The notes under the pieces: model-generated
Database searches by the model: none
The model's input: only the letters and a program-made list of their open reading frames with translations
What the model was told of the DNA's origin: nothing
Sequence record: SRR20825010_4462
DNA: 54,163 bases
Direction: 5' to 3' (one strand)
Part shown: positions 28,788 to 37,896 of the stretch, in pieces
Numbering within the stretch: the first letter of the stretch is position 1
Layout: each line of letters starts with the position of its first letter
Position numbers and translations under genes: made by a program

Positions 28788-28821
28788 TCTGCGTTAATAA
28801 TAAAAATCAACAATACATATT

Positions 28822-29835
28822 ATGAGCAAGTCTAAATTAGAATACATTTGGTTGGACGGGTACGAGCCCACACAAAACATGAGGAGTAAAACTAAGGTTG
28901 AGGAAAATTTCAGTGGTAAATTGGAAGATTGCCCAATCTGGTCTTTTGATGGAAGTTCAACCCGCCAGGCTGAAGGAGGATCTTCTGACTGTGTGTTAAA
29001 GCCCGTAGCAATCTATCCTGATCCACATCGTATCAATGGTTACTTAGTAATGACCGAGGTCATGAATGCCGATGGTACCCCACACGTATCTAACGGTAGG
29101 GCTACTATTGAAGATGAAGACAATGATTTCTGGTTTGGATTTGAGCAAGAATATTTCATTATGGATACAAGAACTGAACTTCCTTTGGGTTTCCCTAGAG
29201 GTGGGTATCCAAAACCTCAAGGTATGTACTACTGTTCTGTTGGTGGTCTAAATACTCATGGGCGCGACTTGGTGGAAGAGCATGCAGATGCCTGTATCGC
29301 CGCCGGTCTTAACTTCGAAGGAATTAACCAAGAGGTTGCCTGTGGACAGTGGGAATTCCAATTATTCGCCAAGGGTGCCAAAAAAGCAGGTGATGAAATT
29401 TGGGTTGCAAGATATTTGTTGGACAGATTGACCGAAAAACATGGTTACTATATAGAATACCACCCAAAACCTCTTGGTGATACCGATTGGAACGGTTCAG
29501 GTATGCACGCCAACTTCTCCAACACTACTTTAAGAACTTGTGGTTCAAGAGAAGTTTATGAGAAAATATGTGAGGCCTTCCGTCCAGTTGTTAAAGAACA
29601 TATTGCAGTTTACGGAGAGTTCAACGAACAACGTTTGACTGGTAAGCACGAAACAGCTTCTATTCATGACTTTAGCTATGGTATTTCCGATAGGGGTGCC
29701 TCTATTAGAATTCCGATCATTACAGTACAAAAAGGCTGGAAAGGTTGGTTGGAAGATAGAAGACCAGCTTCCAACGGTGATCCATACAAAATTGCTGGAA
29801 GAATCGTTAAAACGGTTAAATCCGTTAAAATATAA
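28822..29835 (+). CDS. glnII: glutamine synthetase type II
   Basis: EYIWLDG, RSKT, W.FDGSST.QA, WFGFEQEY, N.EV..GQWEFQ, WNGSG.H.NFS, RLTGKHET and EDRRPASN.DPY motifs; 337 aa. Confidence 0.95.
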   Translation: MSKSKLEYIWLDGYEPTQNMRSKTKVEENFSGKLEDCPIWSFDGSSTRQAEGGSSDCVLKPVAIYPDPHRINGYLVMTEVMNADGTPHVSNGRATIEDEDNDFWFGFEQEYFIMDTRTELPLGFPRGGYPKPQGMYYCSVGGLNTHGRDLVEEHADACIAAGLNFEGINQEVACGQWEFQLFAKGAKKAGDEIWVARYLLDRLTEKHGYYIEYHPKPLGDTDWNGSGMHANFSNTTLRTCGSREVYEKICEAFRPVVKEHIAVYGEFNEQRLTGKHETASIHDFSYGISDRGASIRIPIITVQKGWKGWLEDRRPASNGDPYKIAGRIVKTVKSVKI

Positions 29836-29869
29836 AGAGTTAAAAAATAATTGTTGATTATTTTTACCG

Positions 29870-29903
29870 ACCGTTCCTTTTGAGAAAGAGGGGCGGTTTT
29901 TTT
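29870..29903 (+). terminator. intrinsic terminator after glnII
   Basis: ACCGTTCCTTTT-GAGA-AAGAGGGGCGGT followed by a T run. Confidence 0.75.
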
Positions 29904-29910
29904 ATACGTT

Positions 29911-31524
29911 TTATTTTATGATTTCTCCCTCGTTACGCAGTGGTGTATTCATCCAAAAATCACTGTAATTATCAGGTTTAACAATAGGTTGATCCTGAAA
30001 TATTGGCCAATTTTTGTCCATATAAAGATGCTTGCCCGGATATTGACGAACCGGTTTTCGCTGTTGTACAAAAAATTCCCTGAATTGCATTAAGGAATAG
30101 GTTTCAGAGAAATCCAACTTGTTCCCATCCATATCTATAATATTACCCATTACTACACGAAAATCATCTTTCCCTATATCCACCGGTTCCGCAAGAAAAA
30201 TCTCCATGGCCTGATCTCCAAGGTTCATCTTAGGATACAGGTGAACAGTTACACTATCTGCAAGAACCACCTTCTCGACCTCTATACCCCTACCTTTATA
30301 ACTAATATTGTAATTTTTATCCTTAAGTACCTTAAAATGCAAGGGTACCCTATTAAATGCAATTTCAAATAGCTTTTTTTCAAAGTCCACGAACACGTTC
30401 TTGACCGTAAAAACCGGTGGCACTTTTACCTCAAATTTATTACTAAAGGAAATATAACTTGGAAACATTTTATTGTCCTCCTTCTTGTATTCCACTACTG
30501 TACGATAAAGTAACCTATCCTCTATTTTCCTACTGGTTTTGGTTATTTTCCTAGTCCCCAGCAAAACGTCATAAGTAGCGTATTCCAGTTTAACGATTTC
30601 AAAATTATCCTTGGAAATATAAATCTTTCCCCGTACCATAAACTTTCTATTGTGCTTATAAATATCTATTACAAACAGCGGTATTCCGTCCAATGAGGTA
30701 TCGTCCTCAATTGAAAAATCATGGTTCTTAATAAAATTGGTATCCAAATGGTCAACGTAGGAATAGGAGAAGGTATTATAATTCCTAATGGCATCCATGA
30801 TGCGCAGTATTACAAACTCATTGCCCCCATAACTATTCAAATAAGCTTTAGGGATGGTCTTGGTCTTGTACTCGCCATAATCATATAGCCTTTCACTTAA
30901 GGAATCTGTTGGAAAATTAGCATTTCTGGAGTATTCATATATCCTTGTATTTGAATCCTCATAATCCAATGTCCCGAAGCCCTTGTCAAAAACCTCTACA
31001 ATTGCCTCATTCAAATTGGTATAACCTCCAGATTTCCATTGGTAATCCCTATAGTAGCCAACGTATGACTGTGGATTAAAGGGATAATTTAGCGGGATTT
31101 TCTCTATGGCCTTGGAAATAATCTCTGCGGCAGTAACAGGCCTAACTTCATCATTTCGGCCTCTTCGCTTCTTCTTGGTCGCGCTCAAGGTAACCTCATC
31201 CAATTGGATAAGCATAGGTTTTAAATATATCTGATTGATTTGATCCGATAATAACCTGCCAATTACAATTTCTCTCGAATCATAACCCATTGAGGTGATC
31301 TCCAATGTATCATTTAGTTCCCGAAACTTGATAGGTATCCTAAAACTACCATCATTATTGGAAATAACCCCCACTGCCCTATTCTTCACCCGAATGCTTG
31401 CAAAAGGTATTGGCTCTGTGTTTACCGTATCGATTAGCATTCCACTTAAAAATTCGCTTTCTTGGCCATGACCAACGGTACAAAACAATATTAAGAAAGT
31501 TACAAGGTTGACCCTTATTCCCAT
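29911..31524 (-). CDS. exported protein with carboxypeptidase-regulatory-like (CarbopepD_reg_2) N-terminal domain
   Basis: Signal peptide; G...D..T.EPIPFASI, GVISNNDG.F, S.GY, L.EV and NY......GYYR motifs. Confidence 0.8.
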   Translation of the reverse strand: MGIRVNLVTFLILFCTVGHGQESEFLSGMLIDTVNTEPIPFASIRVKNRAVGVISNNDGSFRIPIKFRELNDTLEITSMGYDSREIVIGRLLSDQINQIYLKPMLIQLDEVTLSATKKKRRGRNDEVRPVTAAEIISKAIEKIPLNYPFNPQSYVGYYRDYQWKSGGYTNLNEAIVEVFDKGFGTLDYEDSNTRIYEYSRNANFPTDSLSERLYDYGEYKTKTIPKAYLNSYGGNEFVILRIMDAIRNYNTFSYSYVDHLDTNFIKNHDFSIEDDTSLDGIPLFVIDIYKHNRKFMVRGKIYISKDNFEIVKLEYATYDVLLGTRKITKTSRKIEDRLLYRTVVEYKKEDNKMFPSYISFSNKFEVKVPPVFTVKNVFVDFEKKLFEIAFNRVPLHFKVLKDKNYNISYKGRGIEVEKVVLADSVTVHLYPKMNLGDQAMEIFLAEPVDIGKDDFRVVMGNIIDMDGNKLDFSETYSLMQFREFFVQQRKPVRQYPGKHLYMDKNWPIFQDQPIVKPDNYSDFWMNTPLRNEGEIIK

Positions 31525-31546
31525 AAGCCAAATTGATTACTGCCTT

Positions 31547-32485
31547 TTAGGTTATTGTTAAATATACAAATAGAACGTACACAGCCAAAAGAATTGCTCC
31601 ATCCCTCCATCCCAACCTAAGACCTTTGGGCAAAAACACTAGGGGAAGAATTAAAAAGGATGTACCTAACATCCAAAAAATATCGTTGGTCAGCAAGCCT
31701 TGATCCAACACTTTAATAGGTGTAATCATAGATGTAATGCCCAAAACAGCCAAAAGATTAAAAATATTCGACCCGATTAGATTTCCCAATGAAATGGCCT
31801 TTTCCTTCTTCAATACCGCAATTACGGAAGCAGCCAATTCCGGAATACTGGTCCCAATAGACACTACGGTTACCGCAATTACCCGCTCACTAACACCATA
31901 GAAAGTAGCAAGTCCCACTGCACCCTTTATCAATAGTTCCGAACCTCCCCATAGTGCCAGTCCGCCCAAGCCTAAAAATAGCACCGTTTTATATAATGGC
32001 AACGGTACATCATCCTCAGGCAATTCATCTACAACCGCCGTTTTCTGAAAACGCAATAGATATACTAGGAAAATAAAGAGTACAAGAAACATAATAAAGC
32101 CTTCATATCTCTGTAATTCTCCATCAAAATAAATAAAAACGAAGAATAAAAAGGATGCCAACATCATAACAGGCCAATCCGTAGTATAAAAACTCTTTCT
32201 AACTTCAATACTGCCCAAAATGACGGTTATTGCCAGGACCAAACCTAGATTAGCAATATTGGAGCCCACAACATTGCCTAGCGCCAAATCGGGAAAGCCC
32301 TCCAAAGCAGCATTTACACTAACTATTAGCTCGGGTGCAGAGGTTGCAAAGGAAACCACTGTCATGCCTATAACAATCTTCGGAACGTTGAGTTTTAAGG
32401 ACAATGCCACTGCCGCCTTTAAAAGCCAATTTCCTCCTGCAATCAACAATACCAGTCCTAAAACAATAAAAAGTATATCCTGCAT
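31547..32485 (-). CDS. calcium/sodium antiporter (CaCA, YrbG-like)
   Basis: Two alpha repeats: ATSAPE...GNVVGSNIAN and GTSIPE...GNLIGSNIFN. Confidence 0.93.
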   Translation of the reverse strand: MQDILFIVLGLVLLIAGGNWLLKAAVALSLKLNVPKIVIGMTVVSFATSAPELIVSVNAALEGFPDLALGNVVGSNIANLGLVLAITVILGSIEVRKSFYTTDWPVMMLASFLFFVFIYFDGELQRYEGFIMFLVLFIFLVYLLRFQKTAVVDELPEDDVPLPLYKTVLFLGLGGLALWGGSELLIKGAVGLATFYGVSERVIAVTVVSIGTSIPELAASVIAVLKKEKAISLGNLIGSNIFNLLAVLGITSMITPIKVLDQGLLTNDIFWMLGTSFLILPLVFLPKGLRLGWRDGAILLAVYVLFVYLTIT

Positions 32486-32665
32486 CAAAAAAGTTTTCCT
32501 ACAAATATAACCAAGTATCCGACTTTTTTTTCACCAACATAACTGCCTTTCCAATAAATCAAAAAATCCGACCTATCTTCCTAAAAACATCTCCGTCCGA
32601 AAGGGAATCCATTAAAAAAATGCCATTTAAAATTACCCCAATGCAATTTGAAAAGAATAAAAAGC

Positions 32666-32843
32666 CACAAACCCAGGGCGGTTAGTCATGTATTGTTCCA
32701 GATTAAGATTTACGGAAGCTTTATTTTAAAGGTAGATCCACACATTTCTTGGTCATCCCATAAAAACATCAAGCTTCCCATTCCACGGCTTCTCCCCACC
32801 CAATAAAGCTGTTATCAATTTATTCCGGGGACCTTGGTTTGTG
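32666..32843 (-). other. 178-nt nested inverted-repeat element (candidate structured RNA or decayed MITE)
   Basis: Paired arms 32666-32677/32832-32843, 32698-32702/32824-32828, 32717-32725/32802-32810 and 32730-32736/32795-32801. Confidence 0.4.
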
Positions 32844-32905
32844 CGTAATATAAAAATAGATTTTTCAAACAATGGCATATATTATTAAATTGTATCTTTG
32901 CGCGC

Positions 32906-33922
32906 ATGAATTTAGAGATTATAAAGGCAATTAAGGGCTTGTTGGACATACCCCAGAAAATTGTAATTATACCGCACAAAAATCCGGACGGAGACGCTAT
33001 TGGTTCAACCTTGGGACTTTGGCACTACCTAAAAGACAAAGGCCAAGACGCTACCATCATTGTTCCCAATGATTTTCCCAAATTCTTAAAATGGATGCCC
33101 GGAAGCGAGCAAATAGTCAATTTTGAAAGGGATGCCTCAGCAGCTAAATCCTTGATTAACAATGCTACTGTAATATTTACTTTAGATTTCAATCACTTGG
33201 GAAGAATTGGACAACTACAGCCTTTATTGGAAGGTTCATCGGCCACATTTGTAATGATTGATCACCATCAGGAACCGGATAATTACTCCAAGATTACCTA
33301 CTCTGATGTCAGCATGAGTTCTACATGTGAAATGGTTTTCAATGTAATTGAAGGACTAAACGATGTAGAAAGAATTACTCCGGACCTTGCAATTTCTTTA
33401 TACACCGGTATCATGACCGATACAGGGTCTTTTAAATATTCTTCCACCACCAGCCGCACACATTTGGTTGTTGCCAAATTAATAGAGAAAGGAGCTAAAA
33501 ATACGGAAGCACACAACAAGGTATATGATACCAATACGCCAAGTAGATTGCATCTTTTGGGTTGTGCTCTAAAAAACATGGTCATCCTAGAGGAATTTAA
33601 TACGGCTTTTATCACTTTATCGCAAGATGAATTGGACACCTATGATTACAAAAAGGGAGATACCGAAGGTTTCGTGAATTACGGATTAACCCTGGAAGGG
33701 ATTGTTTTTGCTGTTATCTTCATTGAAAACCGGGAGGAAGGAATTATCAAGATTTCTTTTAGATCTGAAGGTGATTTTTCTGTAAATGAATTTGCTAGGG
33801 CCAATTTTAACGGAGGTGGACATACCAATGCTGCAGGCGGTCGAAGTGATGTTTCCATGGAAGAAACCATAAACAAATTTAAAGCCTTACTACCCCTATA
33901 CAAAGCTGATTTAAACGCATGA
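32906..33922 (+). CDS. nrnA: DHH family bifunctional oligoribonuclease/PAP phosphatase NrnA
   Basis: H.NPDGDA.GS, IDHH, TDTG.F, S.RS and GGGH.NAAG motifs. Confidence 0.92.
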   Translation: MNLEIIKAIKGLLDIPQKIVIIPHKNPDGDAIGSTLGLWHYLKDKGQDATIIVPNDFPKFLKWMPGSEQIVNFERDASAAKSLINNATVIFTLDFNHLGRIGQLQPLLEGSSATFVMIDHHQEPDNYSKITYSDVSMSSTCEMVFNVIEGLNDVERITPDLAISLYTGIMTDTGSFKYSSTTSRTHLVVAKLIEKGAKNTEAHNKVYDTNTPSRLHLLGCALKNMVILEEFNTAFITLSQDELDTYDYKKGDTEGFVNYGLTLEGIVFAVIFIENREEGIIKISFRSEGDFSVNEFARANFNGGGHTNAAGGRSDVSMEETINKFKALLPLYKADLNA

Positions 33923-34464
33923 AACACCTAATATTGCTTTTGCTTATTATCGCCTGCTCCAGCTGTAATGGACCAGAACCACGTAAGCCTGTTAAAGTTA
34001 AAACCGGAAGTATTTTACAAAAATCCGTGGAACGCAATAAGGACCTTTTGGCAAAGGAAGAAAAACAAATAATGGAAATTATTAAAAATGACTCCTTGAA
34101 CACCTATTTCTCCAGCGGCATCGGTTCTTGGTATCACTATATAGAAAAGAACGACCAAACCGATTATTACCCGAAAACAGATGATCTGGTCACACTTCAA
34201 TACAATGTCATGACTTTTGGCAATGACACCATATATTCCAAAGAGAGTATCGGTACCATAACCTATAAGGTAGACAAACAAGACCTTTTTCCCGGATTAA
34301 GGAATAGTATAAAACTTCTAAAAGAGAAAGAAAGTGCAACGTTTTTGTTCCCTTCCTCCCTATCCTTCGGTTATCACGGGGACAATAATAAAATTGGGGT
34401 AAACGTCCCCATTAAATCCACCATTACCATTTTAAATATAGATAAACAAAAAGACAACAATTAA
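33919..34464 (+). CDS. gldI: gliding motility-associated FKBP-type lipoprotein GldI
   Basis: Lipobox SSC, PEPRKPV, SVERNK.L and FPS.L.FGYHGD..KIG.N.P motifs. Confidence 0.88.
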   Translation: MKHLILLLLIIACSSCNGPEPRKPVKVKTGSILQKSVERNKDLLAKEEKQIMEIIKNDSLNTYFSSGIGSWYHYIEKNDQTDYYPKTDDLVTLQYNVMTFGNDTIYSKESIGTITYKVDKQDLFPGLRNSIKLLKEKESATFLFPSSLSFGYHGDNNKIGVNVPIKSTITILNIDKQKDNN

Positions 34465-34475
34465 AATTAACTACA

Positions 34476-35582
34476 ATGAAGAAAATTTATTTATTATTGG
34501 CAGTAGTATCCATAGCATTTTCAAGCTGCAAGTCCAGTAAGCATGCGGATTTGGGAGATGGTATTTTTGCGGATATTACCACCACCGAAGGTGAAATCCT
34601 CCTTAAATTGGAGTACCAAAAGACCCCTTTGACCGTTGCCAATTTTATATCCCTAGCCGAAGGAAACAATCCTTTTGTTACCGACAGCCTAAAGGGCAAA
34701 AAATACTATGATGGCATCATCTTTCACAGGATTATTAAGGACTTTATGATTCAAGGTGGAGATCCAACTGGAACAGGTATGGGAAATCCGGGATATAAAT
34801 TTAAGGATGAATTTAACGACTCCCTTACCCACAATAAGGCCGGTATCCTATCCATGGCAAATTCCGGACCTACCACCAATGGAAGTCAGTTTTTCATTAC
34901 CCACAAGGAAACTCCCTTTTTAAATGGTAGACACACCGTATTTGGTGAAGTTGTCAAAGGAATGGATATTGTTGATTCCATTGCCAATGTTAAAACTGCA
35001 GAAGGCGACAGACCGGTTACCGATGTGGTTATGAACACGGTTGAAATTATCAGAAACGGCAAGGAGGCCAAAAAATTTGATGCCGTAAAAGTAATGAGTG
35101 ATTACTTTGCCGAGGAAGAGGAAAGGATCAAGGCGATGGAGAAAATGAAAACCGATTTCCTTACCCAAATCGGCATAGAGGAAGCATCGGCTGAAGAACT
35201 TCCCTCAGGGCTTAAAATACTTAGACTGGCAGAGGGCGATGGTGAAAAACCCAAAGTGGGACAAAAGGTAGATGTTTTATATGCCGTCTATTTACCAGAC
35301 GGCTCACTTCTTGAAAGTAACTTTGAGGAGATCGCTAAAAAATTCGGTGTTTATCAGGAGGCCAGAAAACAAGGTGGCGGCTATGAAGCTCAACCAATGG
35401 ACTACAGTCCGGAAGCGCGAATGATTCCTGGGTTCAAGGAAGGCCTTATGCAAATGAAGGTTGGAGACAAGGTTCGTTTATTTATACCACCACATTTAGG
35501 CTATGGTGAAGCCGGTTATGGCCCTATTCCCCCAAATGCCAATTTGGTTTTTGATCTGGAGATTACTGGGATTGCCCAATAA
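34476..35582 (+). CDS. cyclophilin-FKBP fusion peptidyl-prolyl isomerase (lipoprotein)
   Basis: Lipobox SSC; cyclophilin motifs FHR.I..FMIQGGD and SMAN.GP.TNGSQFFI; FKBP motifs IPGF.EG and LGYG..G..PIPPNA.LVF. Confidence 0.93.
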   Translation: MKKIYLLLAVVSIAFSSCKSSKHADLGDGIFADITTTEGEILLKLEYQKTPLTVANFISLAEGNNPFVTDSLKGKKYYDGIIFHRIIKDFMIQGGDPTGTGMGNPGYKFKDEFNDSLTHNKAGILSMANSGPTTNGSQFFITHKETPFLNGRHTVFGEVVKGMDIVDSIANVKTAEGDRPVTDVVMNTVEIIRNGKEAKKFDAVKVMSDYFAEEEERIKAMEKMKTDFLTQIGIEEASAEELPSGLKILRLAEGDGEKPKVGQKVDVLYAVYLPDGSLLESNFEEIAKKFGVYQEARKQGGGYEAQPMDYSPEARMIPGFKEGLMQMKVGDKVRLFIPPHLGYGEAGYGPIPPNANLVFDLEITGIAQ

Positions 35583-35597
35583 TTGTGTACAAAAAAT

Positions 35598-35643
35598 AAA
35601 AAACCTTGTTGGTCTCTATATTGGAGATCAACAAGGTTTTTTT
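35598..35643. terminator. bidirectional intrinsic terminator
   Basis: AAAAAACCTTGTTGGTCTCTA-TAT-TGGAGATCAACAAGGTTTTTTT. Confidence 0.85.
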
Positions 35644-35735
35644 AATTTCTTATTCAGTTAAACTGATAAAGTGCGTATCCAAAAAGTAGCAGGATAAGAA
35701 AAAAGTACTCCGCCAACCAAATTCAAATAGGAAAT

Positions 35736-36197
35736 CTATTTCCAGTTTGTTGCTTTAAGCTTTAAGGTAGCCTTTAATATATCTTTCTGGGAAATTTGTC
35801 CGACCAACTTTCCATTTTCCACTATTGGAAAACGTCTGCGCTTTTCGTTCAAAAACTTATTGGCCGCATCAAAAATATTCATATTGCCGTCAATGGTTTC
35901 AACATTTTTTATCATGTGTCCTTCAACGTTCAAATTGGAGCTAGGCAGATTGTGGTATCTGTTTTCGCTTATATGCTTAATACAATCTCCTTCGGAAATC
36001 ATCCCAATCAATTCGTTTTGATCATTTACTACAGGTCCTCCTGAAATTTTATACTTCAATAGGGCCACGATTACTTCTTCAACAGATTGCTCAGGTCTAA
36101 AAGTAATCAGTTTTTTGGTCATATAATCACTAACCCTGAGTGGTGCTTCTTCACTGGGTTGTTGAACTCTAGGACCCTGAAAACTTTTTATTCCCAT
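35736..36197 (-). CDS. CBS domain-containing protein
   Basis: Tandem CBS repeats (V.DYMT, ISGGPVV...L.G.ISE.D; FPIVE.GKLVGQIS..D). Confidence 0.9.
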   Translation of the reverse strand: MGIKSFQGPRVQQPSEEAPLRVSDYMTKKLITFRPEQSVEEVIVALLKYKISGGPVVNDQNELIGMISEGDCIKHISENRYHNLPSSNLNVEGHMIKNVETIDGNMNIFDAANKFLNEKRRRFPIVENGKLVGQISQKDILKATLKLKATNWK

Positions 36198-36249
36198 GTC
36201 AAATTAATTTTGATTCTCTTAAATATAAGAAATTTAATCATTTTAACCT

Positions 36250-36287
36250 AAAAAAAAATTGCTCCATTTTAAATAGATGGAGCAATT
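36250..36287 (-). terminator. intrinsic terminator of pepD
   Basis: Minus strand AATTGCTCCATCT-ATTTA-AAATGGAGCAATT followed by a T run. Confidence 0.8.
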
Positions 36288-36363
36288 CTTTTCCAAAAGC
36301 TATATAATTGTTTTTCAACCCTGTAAATTGTAAATCCTAAACTACTTTAAGGTCATAATCTCA

Positions 36364-37824
36364 CTATTTTTTTGGTATATCGGCAAGAATTTCCAAAATA
36401 AACTTCCAAAATTTTTGCAATGAAGATATGCTTGCACGTTCATCGGGAGAATGTGCGCCTTTTATAGTGGGTCCAAAACTTATCATATCCACATCAGGAT
36501 AATTCTTTCCCAAAATGCCACATTCCAATCCTGCGTGACAGGCAACTACCCTGGGCTGTTCATTAAAAAGTTCCTGGTATTTTGCACGTAATAGTTCCAA
36601 TATATCTGAATCAGGATTGGGATTCCAACCAGGGTAATCCCCACTTAAAGTTACTTCATACCCAGCCTTTTCAAAAGTGCTCTGTAAGTCTTTGGCCAAT
36701 TCCATTTTACCGGCCTCTACGGATGACCTTGTTAGACAGGCTATTTTTATTTGACCCTCTCCTACCTCCACTCTTGCAATATTATTGGATGTCTCCACCA
36801 GGTCCTTCATGGTTTTGCTCATGGCATAGACCCCATTAAGGGCGTTCTTAATTGCTGCCGTTAGTGCCAGTTGGTCCTTGGTTTCCATTACCATTTTTGG
36901 AGGTGGCGAAGGTTCACAAACAATCTTAAGATTAGGCTCGGTCGCTACAAATTCCTTTTTTATAGTATTGATCCAATCTTTAAACAAGGCATCCAATTCT
37001 TTGGCGTCTGATGCTTTTATAGCCACCAAAGCAGTACTTTCCCTTGGAATTGCATTTCGCAATCCTCCACCGTCAATTTTGGAAATCCTTAAACCAAGTT
37101 GCTTGTGCCCCACTATCAATAAATCATTCATGATCTTATTGGCATTACCCAGTCCTAAATGGATGTCCATTCCACTATGACCTCCGGAGAGTCCTTTCAC
37201 CTCTATTTTGTAGGCAGCAAAGCCATCGCCCAAGGGAATTTCGCCATATACACCTTTCGCAGTAATATCTATACCTCCTGCACAGCCAATATCAATTTCA
37301 TCGTCATCCTCTGTATCCAGATTCAACAAGATATCCCCTTTCAACATTCCCCCTTTTAGTCCCTTGGCACCGGTCATTCCGGTTTCTTCATCGATTGTAA
37401 ATAGGGCTTCCAAAGGTGGATGGGGAATATCCTTGCTCTCCAACAGGGCCATAATGGTGGCAACACCCAAGCCGTTGTCTGCTCCCAAGGTGGTACCCTT
37501 TGCCCTTACCCAATCTCCATCCACATACATTTCTATACCCTGTGTACTAAAGTCGAAATCGGTATCGGCATTTTTTTGATGTACCATATCCAAATGTGAC
37601 TGCAGAATTACGCTCTTCCTATCTTCCATCCCGCCTGATGCCGGCTTTTTAATGATCACATTCCCCACAGCATCCTTGGTAGTTTCAAGACCAAGGGACT
37701 TCCCGAAGTCCATCATAAATGCTATGACCCGTTCCTCATGCTTGGATGGTCTTGGAACAGCATTTAAATCGGCAAATTTATTCCATATATTTTTAGGCTC
37801 TAAAACTCTTATCTCCTTATTCAT
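36364..37824 (-). CDS. pepD: aminoacyl-histidine dipeptidase (M20C)
   Basis: PRPS, LQSHLDMV, TTLGADNG, DEETGM.GA, NLDTE, GGHSG, HAGLECG and HSPDE motifs. Confidence 0.95.
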   Translation of the reverse strand: MNKEIRVLEPKNIWNKFADLNAVPRPSKHEERVIAFMMDFGKSLGLETTKDAVGNVIIKKPASGGMEDRKSVILQSHLDMVHQKNADTDFDFSTQGIEMYVDGDWVRAKGTTLGADNGLGVATIMALLESKDIPHPPLEALFTIDEETGMTGAKGLKGGMLKGDILLNLDTEDDDEIDIGCAGGIDITAKGVYGEIPLGDGFAAYKIEVKGLSGGHSGMDIHLGLGNANKIMNDLLIVGHKQLGLRISKIDGGGLRNAIPRESTALVAIKASDAKELDALFKDWINTIKKEFVATEPNLKIVCEPSPPPKMVMETKDQLALTAAIKNALNGVYAMSKTMKDLVETSNNIARVEVGEGQIKIACLTRSSVEAGKMELAKDLQSTFEKAGYEVTLSGDYPGWNPNPDSDILELLRAKYQELFNEQPRVVACHAGLECGILGKNYPDVDMISFGPTIKGAHSPDERASISSLQKFWKFILEILADIPKK

Positions 37825-37896
37825 ATTTATAAATTATGAATTCAAAAATACAGATAGAAAAACAACCATGCTAGATTATTGGCTATTTTTGAACTG

